This document shows, piece after piece, positions 47,637 to 60,307 of a stretch of DNA of 64,000 bases. The notes under the pieces are model-generated. The model did not search any database. It was given only the letters and a program-made list of their open reading frames with translations, and was not told the DNA's origin. The DNA is taken from positions 45,942,001 through 46,006,000 of the forward strand of contig OZ024750.1 in NCBI GenBank assembly GCA_964016885.1, written 5' to 3'. This stretch comes from Eledone cirrhosa (taxonomy: Eukaryota). Both the position numbers and the translations under genes were made by a program. Within the stretch, counting starts at the first letter, position 1, and every line of letters begins with the position of its first letter.

Positions 47637-49650
47637 TATACATGTGTATGTATATATGTATATATGTATTATATATGGATATATATTGTTTTCTTCAGAT
47701 TATAGAGTAATTAGCAATATGATTTTATTTATTTAATTATTATATTTTTTCAATTACCGAAAAATGAAGCGAAGCAGCTGCTTAAACCCGGGGGTATCTT
47801 TTCGTTTTCTGTGTTTTTATTATTGTTATTTATTCCGTGCACTTCATGTTCTATCAATGAAAAAAAAATCTTAAAATATCCATTGAAAAGTTGTAAGGTA
47901 AACCTTTACGGTGGCTGATCTATGAAAATCGGCGAGTAGTGTATGATAGCTTATCCATGTAAACGTGTGAGTATCTGTGTATTTGTAGTTATATATATAT
48001 ATATATATATATAACGAAGGAAATGTGGTAAGGAACCAGATGGACATTAACACGCCAAAGTACTCAATACTTAGGTTAGTAGAGTGTGTAATAGGAACAA
48101 ATATGACCCCGACGGCTGAGCTCAAGCCGTTTCGACGGCTAATTCTGGACTAAACATTTTTTTAGTTCAGAATTAGCCTTCGAAACGACTTGAGCTCAGC
48201 CGTCGAGGTCATACTTGTTCCTATATATATATATATACATATATACACATACACACACATATATGAGTGTGTGTGTTAAGTATTTCCGTAGAAAGGGTAA
48301 AGGAAAGAAGAGTGCTCTAATGCTCTATGTATAGTACCGAGCTATTTAAATAATTGTTTCTACTTTAGGCACAAGGCCAGCAATTATCCCAGTGCATTAC
48401 TGGTACTTTATTTTATCGACCCCGTAAGGATGAAAGGCAAAGTCAACCTCGGCGGGATTTGAACTTAGATCGTAAAGGGGCGTAACTATGCTGGAAAGCA
48501 TTGCGCCCGACCCTCTACCGATACTGCCAATCCACCGCCTTTAATTAATAAACAACATTTAATTAATAAACAACTTTTAATTAATAATCAACATTTAATT
48601 AATAAAGAACACAATGTAATTATTCCTTTACGAAAGTTTTCAGGAAACTAGACGAACCTAACAGAAATGACCAGTTCACTCATTCGATCAAATAGTTAAA
48701 ATAGTTTGGATAACTATTTCAACTGGACTGATCTGTTAGGATCGTCTTGTTTCCTGAAACCTTTGGTAATGGAATAATTATGTTGTGTTTATCATGTAAT
48801 ATATGATGGACTCTCCCGTCGTTATCCGACGTTTGGGTGTCAACAAAAGTTGATGGTGACAAAGTGAACTAATGTTGAAGGACGGCCTGTGTAGGATCAA
48901 CCACACTTTTTGGAACTGACGACACCTATATTCGGTGCAATGTTTGCACGGAAAATACGACAGCCCTCAGCTATTTCGATGGCCGTTGACTCTGCTGAGT
49001 TCCTCCGGCCTTTTCCGGGTCTTGTATTTCATACCGCAGCGTGTCCACATATCACCCTCCTCACCAAGTGAGTTTGGTGGGGTTGCCGGTTTAGTCACCG
49101 ACCACCCGACCATGAAACAGGTTATACTGGGTTACATGTTACCAGTAACACTCAATAGCGACCTGAAAATGTAATATATATATATATATATATAGTAATA
49201 ATAATACATTTGAAGACTAAAATACAAAGAGGGCTCGATAAGGATAAATATATATCAAATATATATCAAATATATATCAAATAAGGATGAAAGCAGCGAT
49301 TCTTTGCTTAAACTTTAATCTGTTATTTTAATAAATATATATATGTGTGTGTATGTGTGTGTATGTGTGTAATATCTATCTATCTATATATCTATATATA
49401 TATATATAACCAATGATTACTATGGTTCGTTGATTACTCAATGAATACAATTTTACAATAGATTAAAATAACAGATTAAAGTTTAAGCAAAGAATCACTG
49501 CTTTCACCCTTAACGGGATCTTCTGAAACTAAAAAAAACAATCTGTGAACGCAGAAGTAAAATTTCGAAAAACCTTGCAACCGAAGGAAGAGAGGAAGAC
49601 GATACTTTGGTTCGTCTTTGGATTTTAGTCTTCAAATTTATTATTATTAC

Positions 49651-49681
<31 letters not shown>

Positions 49682-50139
49682 CTAAAAAACAGAAGTTTAT
49701 ATCCGTAGCAAGTAGTGCCTTCAGTCAGTCCAAATGACGAGTTTGCTATGGAATTAGTTCCACAACAAATTAGCGAACCTAACTCGAGGACGGGTGTTTC
49801 AGAGAATTGACTTTTGAACCCATGTATGGGTGCGATGAGAACGGAAATATCTGTAAGCTGACTGGATTCAGCGCGGCATATGACGTTATTGGTGAGAAGC
49901 GAGACAACTTAAATTAGACTGTTGCAACTGAGTACAGGACTAAGTTCACTTATATACACAACATCTCATGTCACCCACCTACGTTCTTTAAAATCTTCGT
50001 TATAACATCACTGAGATTTCTAATGTTTCTTCTTACAAGGCCATCTTTGACAGAGCGCCATCTCACTATAACCCTGCGTCACCCAACATCGACTAAAACT
50101 TCTTACCACCCTCCTAATCACACTACCGATAGAAAAAAA

Positions 50140-50570
50140 AAAAATAGAAATAATAAATTAATTTGGTTCTGCACATCCATCTCGTTCAGATTAGAACTAA
50201 TGTTGGTAGAAAATTCCTGGTACTCCTAGATAAAAACTTCCTCATAGCACGTAAATACAAACCTATCTTCAATAGACACACTGTAAAACTCCGATATTCC
50301 ACACTCCCCAACGGCTCTCTCACAACCATATGCTCTTGTAGACGGCCAGAGGCAAGCCCTCTTCAACAACTATATATCATACACGCAGTCGTTTATGAAG
50401 CACACATGAATTTCTCCATCCAATGGAAAGTTCTAGTCAAATCTATGCCATACTCAATTTGATTGTGTCCTGTAAGCTCTGTATTGATGAAAAGAATGAA
50501 TATCTGGCAGAGATTACATAATAGTACTTGCGTAACACAAGAACCAATTTTTCCACAAGCTGTGAAGTAA
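50140..50570 (+). pseudogene. Highly decayed PLE GIY-YIG fragment, same clade as the intact ORF
   Basis: RNNKLIWF / IRTNVGRKFLVLLDKNF...IFNRHTVKLRYSTLPN...CSCRRP...VVYEA; a hammerhead 3' half GAAAcgcgcgTC follows near 50777. Confidence 0.75.
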
Positions 50571-50870
50571 CTATTACGTACTGGAAAGACTCAATATAAC
50601 AACAATTCTAGCACGGAAAGCACTAGCTCAAACGAAAAGTGTCTCCCTTGCAACAGCCTATTTTCTGTTATCTCTCTTGTCACCAAACTACACTCATCTG
50701 CCAGGCAAAATCCAATCAGCTCATATATACTTCCATTACCACCGCAGCCATACACAAGTTCAAAATCCATTCGGTGAAACGCGCGTCCTCAAATATGGTT
50801 TGATAATTTGTTGTAGAACTAACTTTCTCTTTCTCTCTCTCTCTTTCTTTCCCTCTCCCCACTTCTCCCC

Positions 50871-50903
<33 letters not shown>

Positions 50904-51419
50904 AAACGTATTCATGATTTCTGAAGAAATAATTCTTTCTACTTAAGGCACAAGGCCAGCAATTACCCAGTGCATTACTGGTACTTTATTTTATCGACCC
51001 CGTAAGGATGAAAGGCAAAGTCAACCTCGTCGGGATTTGAACTCAGATCGTAAAGGGACGTAACTATGCTGGAAAGCATGGCATCCGACCCTCTACCGAT
51101 ACTGCCAATCCACCGCCCTATTTCTGAGGAAATAATGATATCAGGTATCTATGTTTTAAATGTTTGATACATTTTAATATGATACCGTACTGAAGGATGT
51201 GTTCTTACATTCGATACAGATTATCTCCTGTTAAAGTTGTTATGTTCTCTTGTACGTATATATCATTAGATATATATGTATGTATTTAAGTCATTCACTA
51301 TTTTGTAATGTTTAAATGCTCAGATTTATTCCTTGAATTTTTCTTTCAGCTTATTCTTAGGTGATAAGGCGCATGTTCGAGATTATCTCAAACATGACAT
51401 ACTAATTTTAAATGTAATA

Positions 51420-51680
51420 TATGGCTCTGAACATTAATCAGTATACACTGAGGATGAAGAACCCAGAGTTATACGGGAGCCCTCCAAAAGTCAGCTCGAA
51501 AGTAACACAGAAGTGACTGAGGTTAGCTGTACATGCTCACTGACATTCAGAGTTGACTGCACGGATATATTAGAAGAGGAGGGACGATGTTGACTTACAT
51601 TGATTCCCTAAGGACAGACACTGGCCTCCAGGGGAGCAGGACATAGCGGTGATGCCGAAGGATAGATACTGCTGGAGGGA
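51420..51680 (+). mobile_element. RTE-like LINE 3' remnant
   Basis: Decayed frames ALNI..., ELYGSPPKVSSKV..*LRLAVH, RRG..LTYIDSLRTDTGL, DR.CWR. Confidence 0.6.
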
Positions 51681-51765
51681 ACTTTACCCGACCTATATAT
51701 ATATATATATATGTAAAATAAGTAAGTCAAACATGTTAAATTTGGCTTCGTTTATTATAAATTCT

Positions 51766-51818
51766 CTGCTATATATATTTCAGTGACAGCTATTATTGGC
51801 TGTGACCTCATCAGGCAG
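51766..51818 (-). ncRNA. Type I hammerhead in (TA)n-flanked element 51713-52068
   Basis: Minus strand: ctgc-CTGATGA-ggtcacagc(caataata)gctgtcact-GAAA-tatata-TA-gcag. Confidence 0.85.
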
Positions 51819-53163
51819 TACGAATTAATGTAGAAAGAACAGGTAAACATGGTTTTGAAATGTGTTCCACTATGTCAATTCATCGATATGTCCAGCTCCT
51901 AGGTATGCTGTTAGTCCTCCGAGGAACTGGAATCATATGGGCTAGAACAAACGAATTACAGCGTCAGAGGACCCTTCCGTAGTTTATAGATTCCATACAC
52001 TGGTGGTTTCCCTGTTTATCTATGTCACACACACTCTCTCTATCTAGTGTGTTATCCTTTCTACATATTATATATATATATATATATATATATACAGACA
52101 CACATGCATAATTTACTCGTATTTCGCCACAATAATCTACTTGATGTTCGTTTTCATGATACCTTTATCCTTCAAGTGCCAGATGTATTTAGAAATGTAT
52201 GTTGAGTTCTGTAGGTGCCTATTCCTGAAACTATCCAGCTGATGCTGTAATTACTCCATTCTCACAATCTTTACATTTTCACTTCTTCATTTCTCATTCA
52301 TGTTTGTTTTATTTTACTTTTACTTCATATTACTTACTTTAGGATTATCACCATTACTATCATAGCTAACATTGCTCTTATTATTACTGTTTACCTTCAT
52401 TACCACTAAGAGTAAGGGCTTTGTCAGTATGGCAAGATACAGTTCACTAGAGTACTGTATTACAGAATATTCTAATCATCACTATTGTTATACTCCATCA
52501 CTATATTTAGTAGAAGCGCATTTAGTTGAACACCAATGCATTTGAACACAAATTCCAGATTCTCCGTTACTCCTACTCACCAATGATATTCATTGATTGT
52601 CATCCTCATCTAATACACCATCTTTACCGTTTAGTTATCAACATCATCACAAGTACTAAATCTATCAGCCATTTCTCTAATAGACGTGTATTCTGGTCAC
52701 CAACACTCACCATCTATATTTTTAGATTTTATTTGCTAATAATTGATATACACTCACTTACCCACCTCATTTATTTTATATAATCTTATGTATTTTAATC
52801 TAATATAGTTTATTAATTGATATCCAATTAGATATCTGAACGAATTTAACCGTGGAAATCATATAAACCGATTCTTGCTGGAGACATTATTACAGCATGC
52901 TGTTTACCATGACTTTCACACTATAGCCTTTGGTCTTCCGATATATCATTTTTTATACTATTATGAACGTTCTACATGGGATATTTTACACGATAGGATT
53001 TTAAAGAACATCAACTGTGCTACATGACTAAATATTGTGACGTATTTCGTATCAGGTTGTTTTTTTCTAACATTTAAATTCTTCATTGAGCGTTTTTTTT
53101 TTTAACACGTTGAAGTAAATGTGAGTGAAGAGTGACTATACCTGATTATTATTACCTACTGAA

Positions 53164-53354
53164 GGGCGGTGGATTGGCAGTATCGGTAGAGGGTCGGACG
53201 CCATGCTTTCCAGCATAGTTACGTCCCTTTACGATCTGAGTTCAAATCCCGCCGAGGTTGACTTTGCCTTTCATCCTTACGGGGTCGATGAAATAAAGTA
53301 CCAGTAATGCACTGGGTAATTGCTGGCATTGTGCCTAAAGTAGAAACAATTATT
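53164..53354 (+). mobile_element. tRNA-derived SINE family 1 (~190 bp); further copies at about 9256-9447, 12312-12480, 26288-26478, 26489-26681, 54325-54512, 62203-62410 (+) and 27701-27885, 41095-41190, 48351-48539, 50930-51118, 63428-63625, 63640-63757 (-), plus older fragments
   Basis: A-box-like tggcagtatcggtaga and B-box gagttcaaatccc; conserved core gcctttcatccttacggggtcgataaaataaagtaccag. 17-bp TSD attattacctactgaag (53148-53164 / 53349-53365); TSD atttctga(a/g)gaaataat around the 50930 copy. Confidence 0.9.
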
Positions 53355-53507
53355 ACCTACTGAAGAAGCGGATTGACAGAGTGTATTGTGCGTTGGACAA
53401 ATGATTAATAGTACTTGTTCTGAGTCATTCCGTTCTGAGGTCAATAAAATAAAGTACCATTCAACTACAGAGGTCGATATAATTGACCTTTTCATCCCAT
53501 CAAAATG

Positions 53508-53755
53508 TGAAGGCGCATGGCTTCTTGGTTAGAGCATTGGGTTTGCAATCGAAAGGTTGCGAGTTCAATTGCCGCACCGGGTGATGTGTTGTTTCCTTGA
53601 GCAAGCCACTTTATTTCACGTTGCTCCAGTTTATTCAGCGGTAGAAATGAGATGATAGGACTGGGGTCCCTATCATTAAATCACCCAAGACACCTCCACT
53701 GAGATATACCTTGGAGGAGGTCAGGTAAACCTGCATAGGTGAGCTGTCACACACA
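53508..53755 (+). mobile_element. tRNA-derived SINE family 2; other copies at about 35271-35400 (+), 40560-40805 (-), 63290-63400 (+), 38220-38320 (-)
   Basis: ggcgcatggct..tggttagagcat...gagttcaatt head, ccttgagcaag.cactttatttcacgttgctccagt core, and a shared tail gtccctatcattaaatcacccaagacacctccac ending in (CA)n. Confidence 0.85.
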
Positions 53756-55179
53756 TCAAAATTTCCGGCCTTCTGTCAAAATTATAAACTGTTATCATCT
53801 TCGGAAATTTATCTTTCAGCCGTGATTATATTTCAGTAAATCTTGCTTTACTAATTCTGATGTGTTTAACTTTCGCTTTATTTATTTCACCAAATACAAT
53901 ATCTAAAATATGACTCCCCATAGTTATTTGTGCATATTTCATCGATCAATATTGTATTCAAAAATATTTCAATTGGAATCATTGCTGTACCCATACGTAT
54001 TTCTATTAGAAAGAGAGCACTGATCCTAATATTTCGCACATGATAATTGTTTCGGATATAGGAGCAAGGCCGACACATTCGTTACTGGTAGATTATTTTA
54101 TCGACACCGTAATGTTGAAACGCAAAGATAACCTCCATGGCATTTGAATTCAGACCGTAATGAGCCGTATCTCTATGCTGCAATGAACATTCGATGCTCT
54201 ACGATTATACCAATCCGCTACCTTCTATTTTGCAGGCAATTATGAAAAACAGAATTTTTCTTGAACGAAAAAGTGCGGAGTTGATTCCATTGACCACAGA
54301 GGTTTGTTGTTATATTATTATTTTGTGGATTGGCAATATCGGTAGAGGGCTGGACGCTATGCTTAGCAGCAAAGAGTTACGGCCCTTTATTGTATGAGAT
54401 CAAATCTCGCCAAGGTCTACTTTGCCTTTCACCTTTACAGGGTCGATAAAATAAAGTACCAGTAATGTACTGGGATAATTGCTGGCCTCGTGTCAAAAGA
54501 GAAACAATTATTTTAATGCTAGACGGTGGGAACGGCAGAGCTGACCCAATCGCTAATTGAACCCAAAACTTAAAGAACCGTAACAAAATACCGCGAGACA
54601 TTTTCTCGATGATGCAAAATCGCCATCAATTTATAGCGCTTAATAAATAAATAGAAGATAATTGCTTCAAATTTAAACAGAGGACTAGCAGTTTTCGGTG
54701 GGAGTGAAAAGTAAATTAAATCGTCACCAGTATCTGATTTTTACGTCATTTTATTGACCACAGTAGGATGAAAAGCATAATGGCTCTTGTGAGATTTGAA
54801 CTCAAAATTTAGAAGCAGTAGACACAACACTAGCAGTTTCGGGTGGGAGAGAAAGATAGATCAGTTCGTCACCAGTAACTAATTAGTAAGTGATTTTATT
54901 GACCACTGTAGGGTAAAAAGCATATTGACTCTTGCGCGATTTGAACGCAAAATGTAGATTAAAGGAAGAAAAATACCGCAAAGTATTTTCCGACAAAATG
55001 ACGATCCTGCAAATTCAGTTTAAATAAAAATAAATACATAACAATAAGAATAAGAAAACAATAATTCATTTAACACAACTAACTAACAACAACAACATCG
55101 AAACTTTGAAACTAAGTACTTCCACACACACAGACATACACATACCCATATCCTTACATATGCATACACACACATACAT

Positions 55180-55215
<36 letters not shown>

Positions 55216-55305
55216 ACACACATACGTATGTAACACGCACACACACACACAGCGACTCAGGCACAGACACCAGACATACACACATACATATACATATACA
55301 TATCC

Positions 55306-55364
<59 letters not shown>

Positions 55365-55370
55365 CAAAAA

Positions 55371-55419
<49 letters not shown>

Positions 55420-55722
55420 GTTAAACAAGATTCAATGAATAAATCAAAGAATAAAGTTTTACAATATATTAGAAGCACGCCACAGTTGGTTTTCCGGAGT
55501 TATTAATATTAATTCAAAATATTAACAAAAATAGACGCTCGTGTGATCAAGTATATTATATTATACATATTTCAGAGGTAATGAGCTATCTTTAACAGTA
55601 CGTCCTCATCATATAAAATAAGATGATGCATGACATACCCTGACTAAGTAGATGGTTAAAATTCAGTCATGAATTGTGTGATCAAGTATATTTTATTATA
55701 CATATTTCAGAGGTAATGAGCT

Positions 55723-55826
<104 letters not shown>

Positions 55827-56082
55827 TATGTAGATATATATATATATATACACACGCAAATATATATATATATATATATATAGTATTAGTTATACTATTT
55901 ATGGTTATGTAAATACAAAGCCTTAAGCAGTTGTAAGTATTTTACACACACCCTAAATAGTGGTAGGCAGTAATGTATTACTACCTTATTACCAGTAAGT
56001 TAAGTAGCTCAATGTAAAAACATCAGATGATTTACAGAGCAGTTATATGAAATATAAGAATCAAAGAACTGTTCAAAACATT

Positions 56083-56135
56083 ATTGTGCTTACAGCTGTT
56101 TCCTCCAAACCGAGGTTTGGATTCTTCGGAGCAAT
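56083..56135 (-). ncRNA. Minimal type I hammerhead ribozyme in PLE 3' pseudo-LTR (CCGAAGA core variant)
   Basis: Minus strand reads UGCU-CCGAAGA-A-UCCAAACC(UC)GGUUUGGA-G-GAAA-CAGCUG-UA-AGCA: stem I, variant core, perfect stem II, palindromic stem III, GUA cleavage triplet. Confidence 0.8.
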
Positions 56136-57549
56136 TTATTAATGCATGGACAGTTATATGACCTCCTTTTCAGCCGAGAGACATACCAAATACATATTCA
56201 AACATTGATACATATTCAAACATTGTGGGTCAACATTCATTACAGAATTTAGAGTGGCAGTACACACTTCGAGATTACATTTATATTAATAGGTACAATC
56301 AAAAATCAAAGATATAGGTTAAAGTACAACATGAAGATAAGTGGTTATATAGTGCAAATGTTATATGTGTGGCACGCATGTGCGTCTTGTTTATATAGTG
56401 TGGCAGAGAGATATGTGTGGTAGAGGCACTTAGGTAGGTAAATAAGAGTGTTAGGTTGGTAGGTCTGGTGGCAAAGTCTTTATATGATTGATATAGTCTG
56501 TGTGTGGAGAAATATTATAAGCATTAAAGATAGTGCAAGCATTAAAAGTGTTATAAGTATTGGAGATGCACAGCGCAGGGATGTCAAGTAATTCATGTAC
56601 TTCGGCATTTTCATTGTCAAGGGAGTGTATATTTCGATTATATGCCTTTCACATAATCCACGACAATCCAGTAAGAGATCGTAGTCTGGTGTTCTTTAGT
56701 TCGATACAGGGGGATGTTACGTTTCGAGAAACGCCATTGAATACCGGAAGTGTGTGTGTGGCTAAGGGGAGTTAATGCATGCGGGGAGGTAACTCTGGGG
56801 TTTCTATATCTAGCCATTAAAATGTGTCCCAATATAGACCCTAAATTCTATGGTGAGGTGCACCTTCCAAGAGAGACTTTTAAAGCATAAAGTGTACTAA
56901 CTATAGAGTAGTTTATATTATTATTAAGGTGGATTAACCCATCTTAAGGTGCTACAAATGGAAATTATAGATGATGAGCGAGGATTCTAAAATGATCTCT
57001 GTGGTTGTAGTCTGCTCATATGACCAGGCGCGGTGATTGCAGGATTGCTTCAGGACCCAATGATCTCTGGTAAGATCTGGGTCATCGCTTGCTACATTGG
57101 ATGTCGAAAGATAATCGTCCCCAGGCAGGCCAAGGTCAATCCGCAGTCCTCGCGACCCCTCTCTGACCGTCAGATCATCCATATACGTACAACCCGCACG
57201 GCAGTTGCATTGCATTCACTCACTGCGCTCAGCAGCCCGGTCCTACTGGTCAACAGCGCTACTCGATTAAATCATTTTACATCTGTCTAAGGAAGGTGTT
57301 TCCTCTGCCCAACAACATCCAACCGATCAATTCATGCTCAAAATTACCCTTAGAGCGGTGTAGTGCCATCAAGTGGGTGGATGTTGTCACACCTGCCGTA
57401 GAGGTATAAATGGGTATTTTCCCTGCGAAGGGTTCCAGAGGGATGCCGTTGTTTGTGTTATAATGGATCAGCTAGTGTTGGGTATGTAGTATAGGGTGTG
57501 TTTCTGGTGTTTGATGCTAGATGTGGTGTTAGGTTCCAGTCCGACATTG

Positions 57550-60009
57550 CTATATATAGGGCTTAAAGTTTTGGAAGGAATGTCTGAGGCGGTGCTGGCA
57601 AGTTGCAAACACCTCAGATTTTTTGTTAAGTAGGTTACGGTTGGAGAAGATAATATTGTGTGTCTCTAGAATACAGAGGTTACAGAATTTATTAGGTGGT
57701 TTGTACGAGGTCGCGCTGCCTATCACTTCCCATTTGAGTGTGTATGGTTTATTTTTAGATTTTAGATAGTGTATGTAGCTAGAAAGTGAGGTGGAGTTGG
57801 CTAGGCTGTGCTTTTTGAACGAGTGGATGTGCGAGTTATATCTGATTTTGAAGCAGTTAGAAGTGGAGCCTACATAGGTTTCTGAAGAGTTATTAGTCGT
57901 GACTGTGCATGAGTATATGACATCCTTGGTTAGGCATTTTTTATCTAAAGGGCAGGTTCTATTAGCTCTACAGTTACAATTATTCTGTGCGTTAGTCCGC
58001 TGGTTATAATGCAATGCGGAAGTCTGTGTGGTGGATATAGGATTTTGGGTGTTCGGGTTGGCAACCCTGGTGTTATTACTTATACTAGTGTTATTTCTAT
58101 TGTTACTGCCGTTGCTATTGTTGCTTGCTACAGTGGTATTTAGAGGGTTTGCATCCTGTTGTGATTTTGTTTGTTGGAAGTAAGAACTAATTTTACTATT
58201 ATTGCTGCTAGCTATGTGGTATGCTAAGTTAGGCGTCGTAGAGTATGAGATTTTAATGGTGTTTTTGTTTAAGAGGTTGTGGTACTTGTGTCCTAGAGGG
58301 AAGTTTTTATCTAGTAGTGAGAAGAAAGCCCTAGGTATGTTGGTGGAGACATTTAGGTTGAAAGGAGGGTTGAAAAATGTATTATTTCTTCTTCTATTTT
58401 TGTTTTTAGTGTTTGGTGTGTTGCTTCCTCCTAAGGCCTCACAGTAGTTTCCATGGTAATGGTTACTTCCTGTGGCACCCTCCGCTTTGGTGTACTTGTG
58501 GTTGCTATTCCTATTATTAGATTTCCTCATGGACATGTTGTGCGAGATTATGTTGTAGCTATGTGTTTTCTTAGGTAGGAACTCAATTTCTATATTATGG
58601 CCGGAGCTAGCTAATGCTTGATTGTAATATTGTGAGTTTTTGCTAAATATGTTTGCGTCATAGGACAGACTAGAGATTCTATTGGACACCCCCTTAGAGA
58701 TAGAGTTTAATATTGATCTAGGGTGATTAGACTTGGTATCTACGTAAATAAGTTTCTCATTAGGCTTATGGAAAGGTGTATATATTTTTGAGTCTAGGTA
58801 TAGTGTGGCGTCTAGGAAGTTAACATTTTTAGTGTTTTTGTCCATGGTGATACTAAGGTTAAAGTTTTTGAATGTCTTATGCAGTTGTTTTCTAGTTCTT
58901 TCTATATTAAATTTTTTATATTCTATGAGTAGAAGTGCATCATCGCGGTACAAACCACCGTTGAGGTAAGGGAGGTCTTTATGGATTTCATTGAGGAGGT
59001 ATAGGCCGACCAAATCAGTGACCTGCGCCGAGTCACTAGATCCCATGGTTATGTCGAAGTTGTTGTGCGTATCCTTGCGTGTCCATAGTTGGTCCTCGAA
59101 GGTGATTATGGTTTTACGGGCCGCAAGGATGACATCAACCTGGGCTCTAGTCAGGTCGCTATTGGTCATGGCCATGATAAGTGCCTTATTTAATAGGATA
59201 GGGGAAATAGAGGTGTAGTATGAATTGATATCAAATTGAATAAATTTTTTGTTTTTATTATTCTTGATATCCTTAAACCATTCAATTACTTCACCCGTAT
59301 TTCCCCATTGTTTAAGGTGTATCTTGTGTTTAATTTGTGGGATGATTTTATCCAAAATCTTCTTGCTGATAATACCAATGTCGGACTTGGAAGGGCAGAT
59401 AAGTCTTATCGTGGGGTTGCTGATGAAGTTCTCCTTATGGTCCTTCAGAGAGAATCTAGGGGGGTTCGGAGTGAAAGGTTGTGTATGCCTCTGTAGTCCT
59501 AGTTTAGACACTATATTATAACCCTCTACATTAATATCTTCTAAGTTTTTCAAGGTGGTTTTTTTGTAGCTTTTATGTAGTTCATTATATATAAACTTTC
59601 TATAAGTAATATAATCTAGGCTGTATATGTTATTAGTTTTATCTGCGTGTACAATAATTTTATTACTAGTTTTGAATCCACTAATAGAAGTGTTAAGTTT
59701 GTTTAAGAAGGTGTTGCTTCTAATATGGTGCTTATTGTATTTAATGTTCTTAACTAGTTTAACTAGGTCATTTTCAAAGGAGTTAAGTAGAGTGTTATGA
59801 GGGGGGCTTTTAAAGGTTTTAAAGCCGAAGGAGTCAAAATTGTTAGTATTATTCAAGTTGTTAGATTTGTTTCTATCATAATGGAATGTCCTCCATCTCA
59901 CTCTATTGATAAATGAATTTACACTGTTGATCAGCAATTTCTCATATGTATTCCTGGATGGTATTGGTATGTTCTTGGTTGACATGGGGAGTTGGTCTTT
60001 GATTAGCAT
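57550..60009 (-). CDS. PLE polyprotein: reverse transcriptase + C-terminal GIY-YIG endonuclease (819 aa)
   Basis: Uninterrupted ORF. N-terminal ADKT motif (PLE DKG-like); RT motifs FIQFDINSYYTSI, ITMGSSDSAQV, GLYRDD, VNFLD; thumb HKPNE..YV...SNHP; CNC-x5-CPL..KC; GIY-YIG core VIYSCTV...YVGSTSNCFKIRYNSH; C-terminal CNLC..E...CQH. Confidence 0.95.
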   Translation of the reverse strand: MLIKDQLPMSTKNIPIPSRNTYEKLLINSVNSFINRVRWRTFHYDRNKSNNLNNTNNFDSFGFKTFKSPPHNTLLNSFENDLVKLVKNIKYNKHHIRSNTFLNKLNTSISGFKTSNKIIVHADKTNNIYSLDYITYRKFIYNELHKSYKKTTLKNLEDINVEGYNIVSKLGLQRHTQPFTPNPPRFSLKDHKENFISNPTIRLICPSKSDIGIISKKILDKIIPQIKHKIHLKQWGNTGEVIEWFKDIKNNKNKKFIQFDINSYYTSISPILLNKALIMAMTNSDLTRAQVDVILAARKTIITFEDQLWTRKDTHNNFDITMGSSDSAQVTDLVGLYLLNEIHKDLPYLNGGLYRDDALLLIEYKKFNIERTRKQLHKTFKNFNLSITMDKNTKNVNFLDATLYLDSKIYTPFHKPNEKLIYVDTKSNHPRSILNSISKGVSNRISSLSYDANIFSKNSQYYNQALASSGHNIEIEFLPKKTHSYNIISHNMSMRKSNNRNSNHKYTKAEGATGSNHYHGNYCEALGGSNTPNTKNKNRRRNNTFFNPPFNLNVSTNIPRAFFSLLDKNFPLGHKYHNLLNKNTIKISYSTTPNLAYHIASSNNSKISSYFQQTKSQQDANPLNTTVASNNSNGSNNRNNTSISNNTRVANPNTQNPISTTQTSALHYNQRTNAQNNCNCRANRTCPLDKKCLTKDVIYSCTVTTNNSSETYVGSTSNCFKIRYNSHIHSFKKHSLANSTSLSSYIHYLKSKNKPYTLKWEVIGSATSYKPPNKFCNLCILETHNIIFSNRNLLNKKSEVFATCQHRLRHSFQNFKPYI

Positions 60010-60254
60010 ATTGGCAATATTATATGTCAGCTCAACGATATGGAGCAGTTAATAGTATTAGTTATACTATTTATGGTTATGTAAATACAAAGCCTTAAGC
60101 AGTTGTAAGTATTTTACACACACCCTAAATAGTGGTAGGCAGTAATGTATTACTACCTTATTACCAGTAAGTTAAGTAGCTCAATGTAAAAACATCAGAT
60201 GATTTACAGAGCAGTTATATGAAATATAAGAATCAAAGAACTGTTCAAAACATT

Positions 60255-60307
60255 ATTGTGCTTACAGCTGTTTCCTCCAAACCGAGGTTTGGATTCTTCG
60301 GAGCAAT
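60255..60307 (-). ncRNA. Minimal hammerhead, second copy, upstream of the PLE ORF
   Basis: Identical to 56083-56135; predicted cleavage about 250 nt upstream of the ORF ATG at 60009. Confidence 0.8.

Noticed and set aside
56560-57290. Small ORFs in the PLE 3' region (64-87 aa, including MQCNCRAGC)
   Set aside because: Short, no domain similarity beyond a chance CNCRA, and duplicated only through the inverted repeat.
58202-59521. Plus-strand ORFs of 75-90 aa
   Set aside because: Antisense shadows of the PLE ORF.
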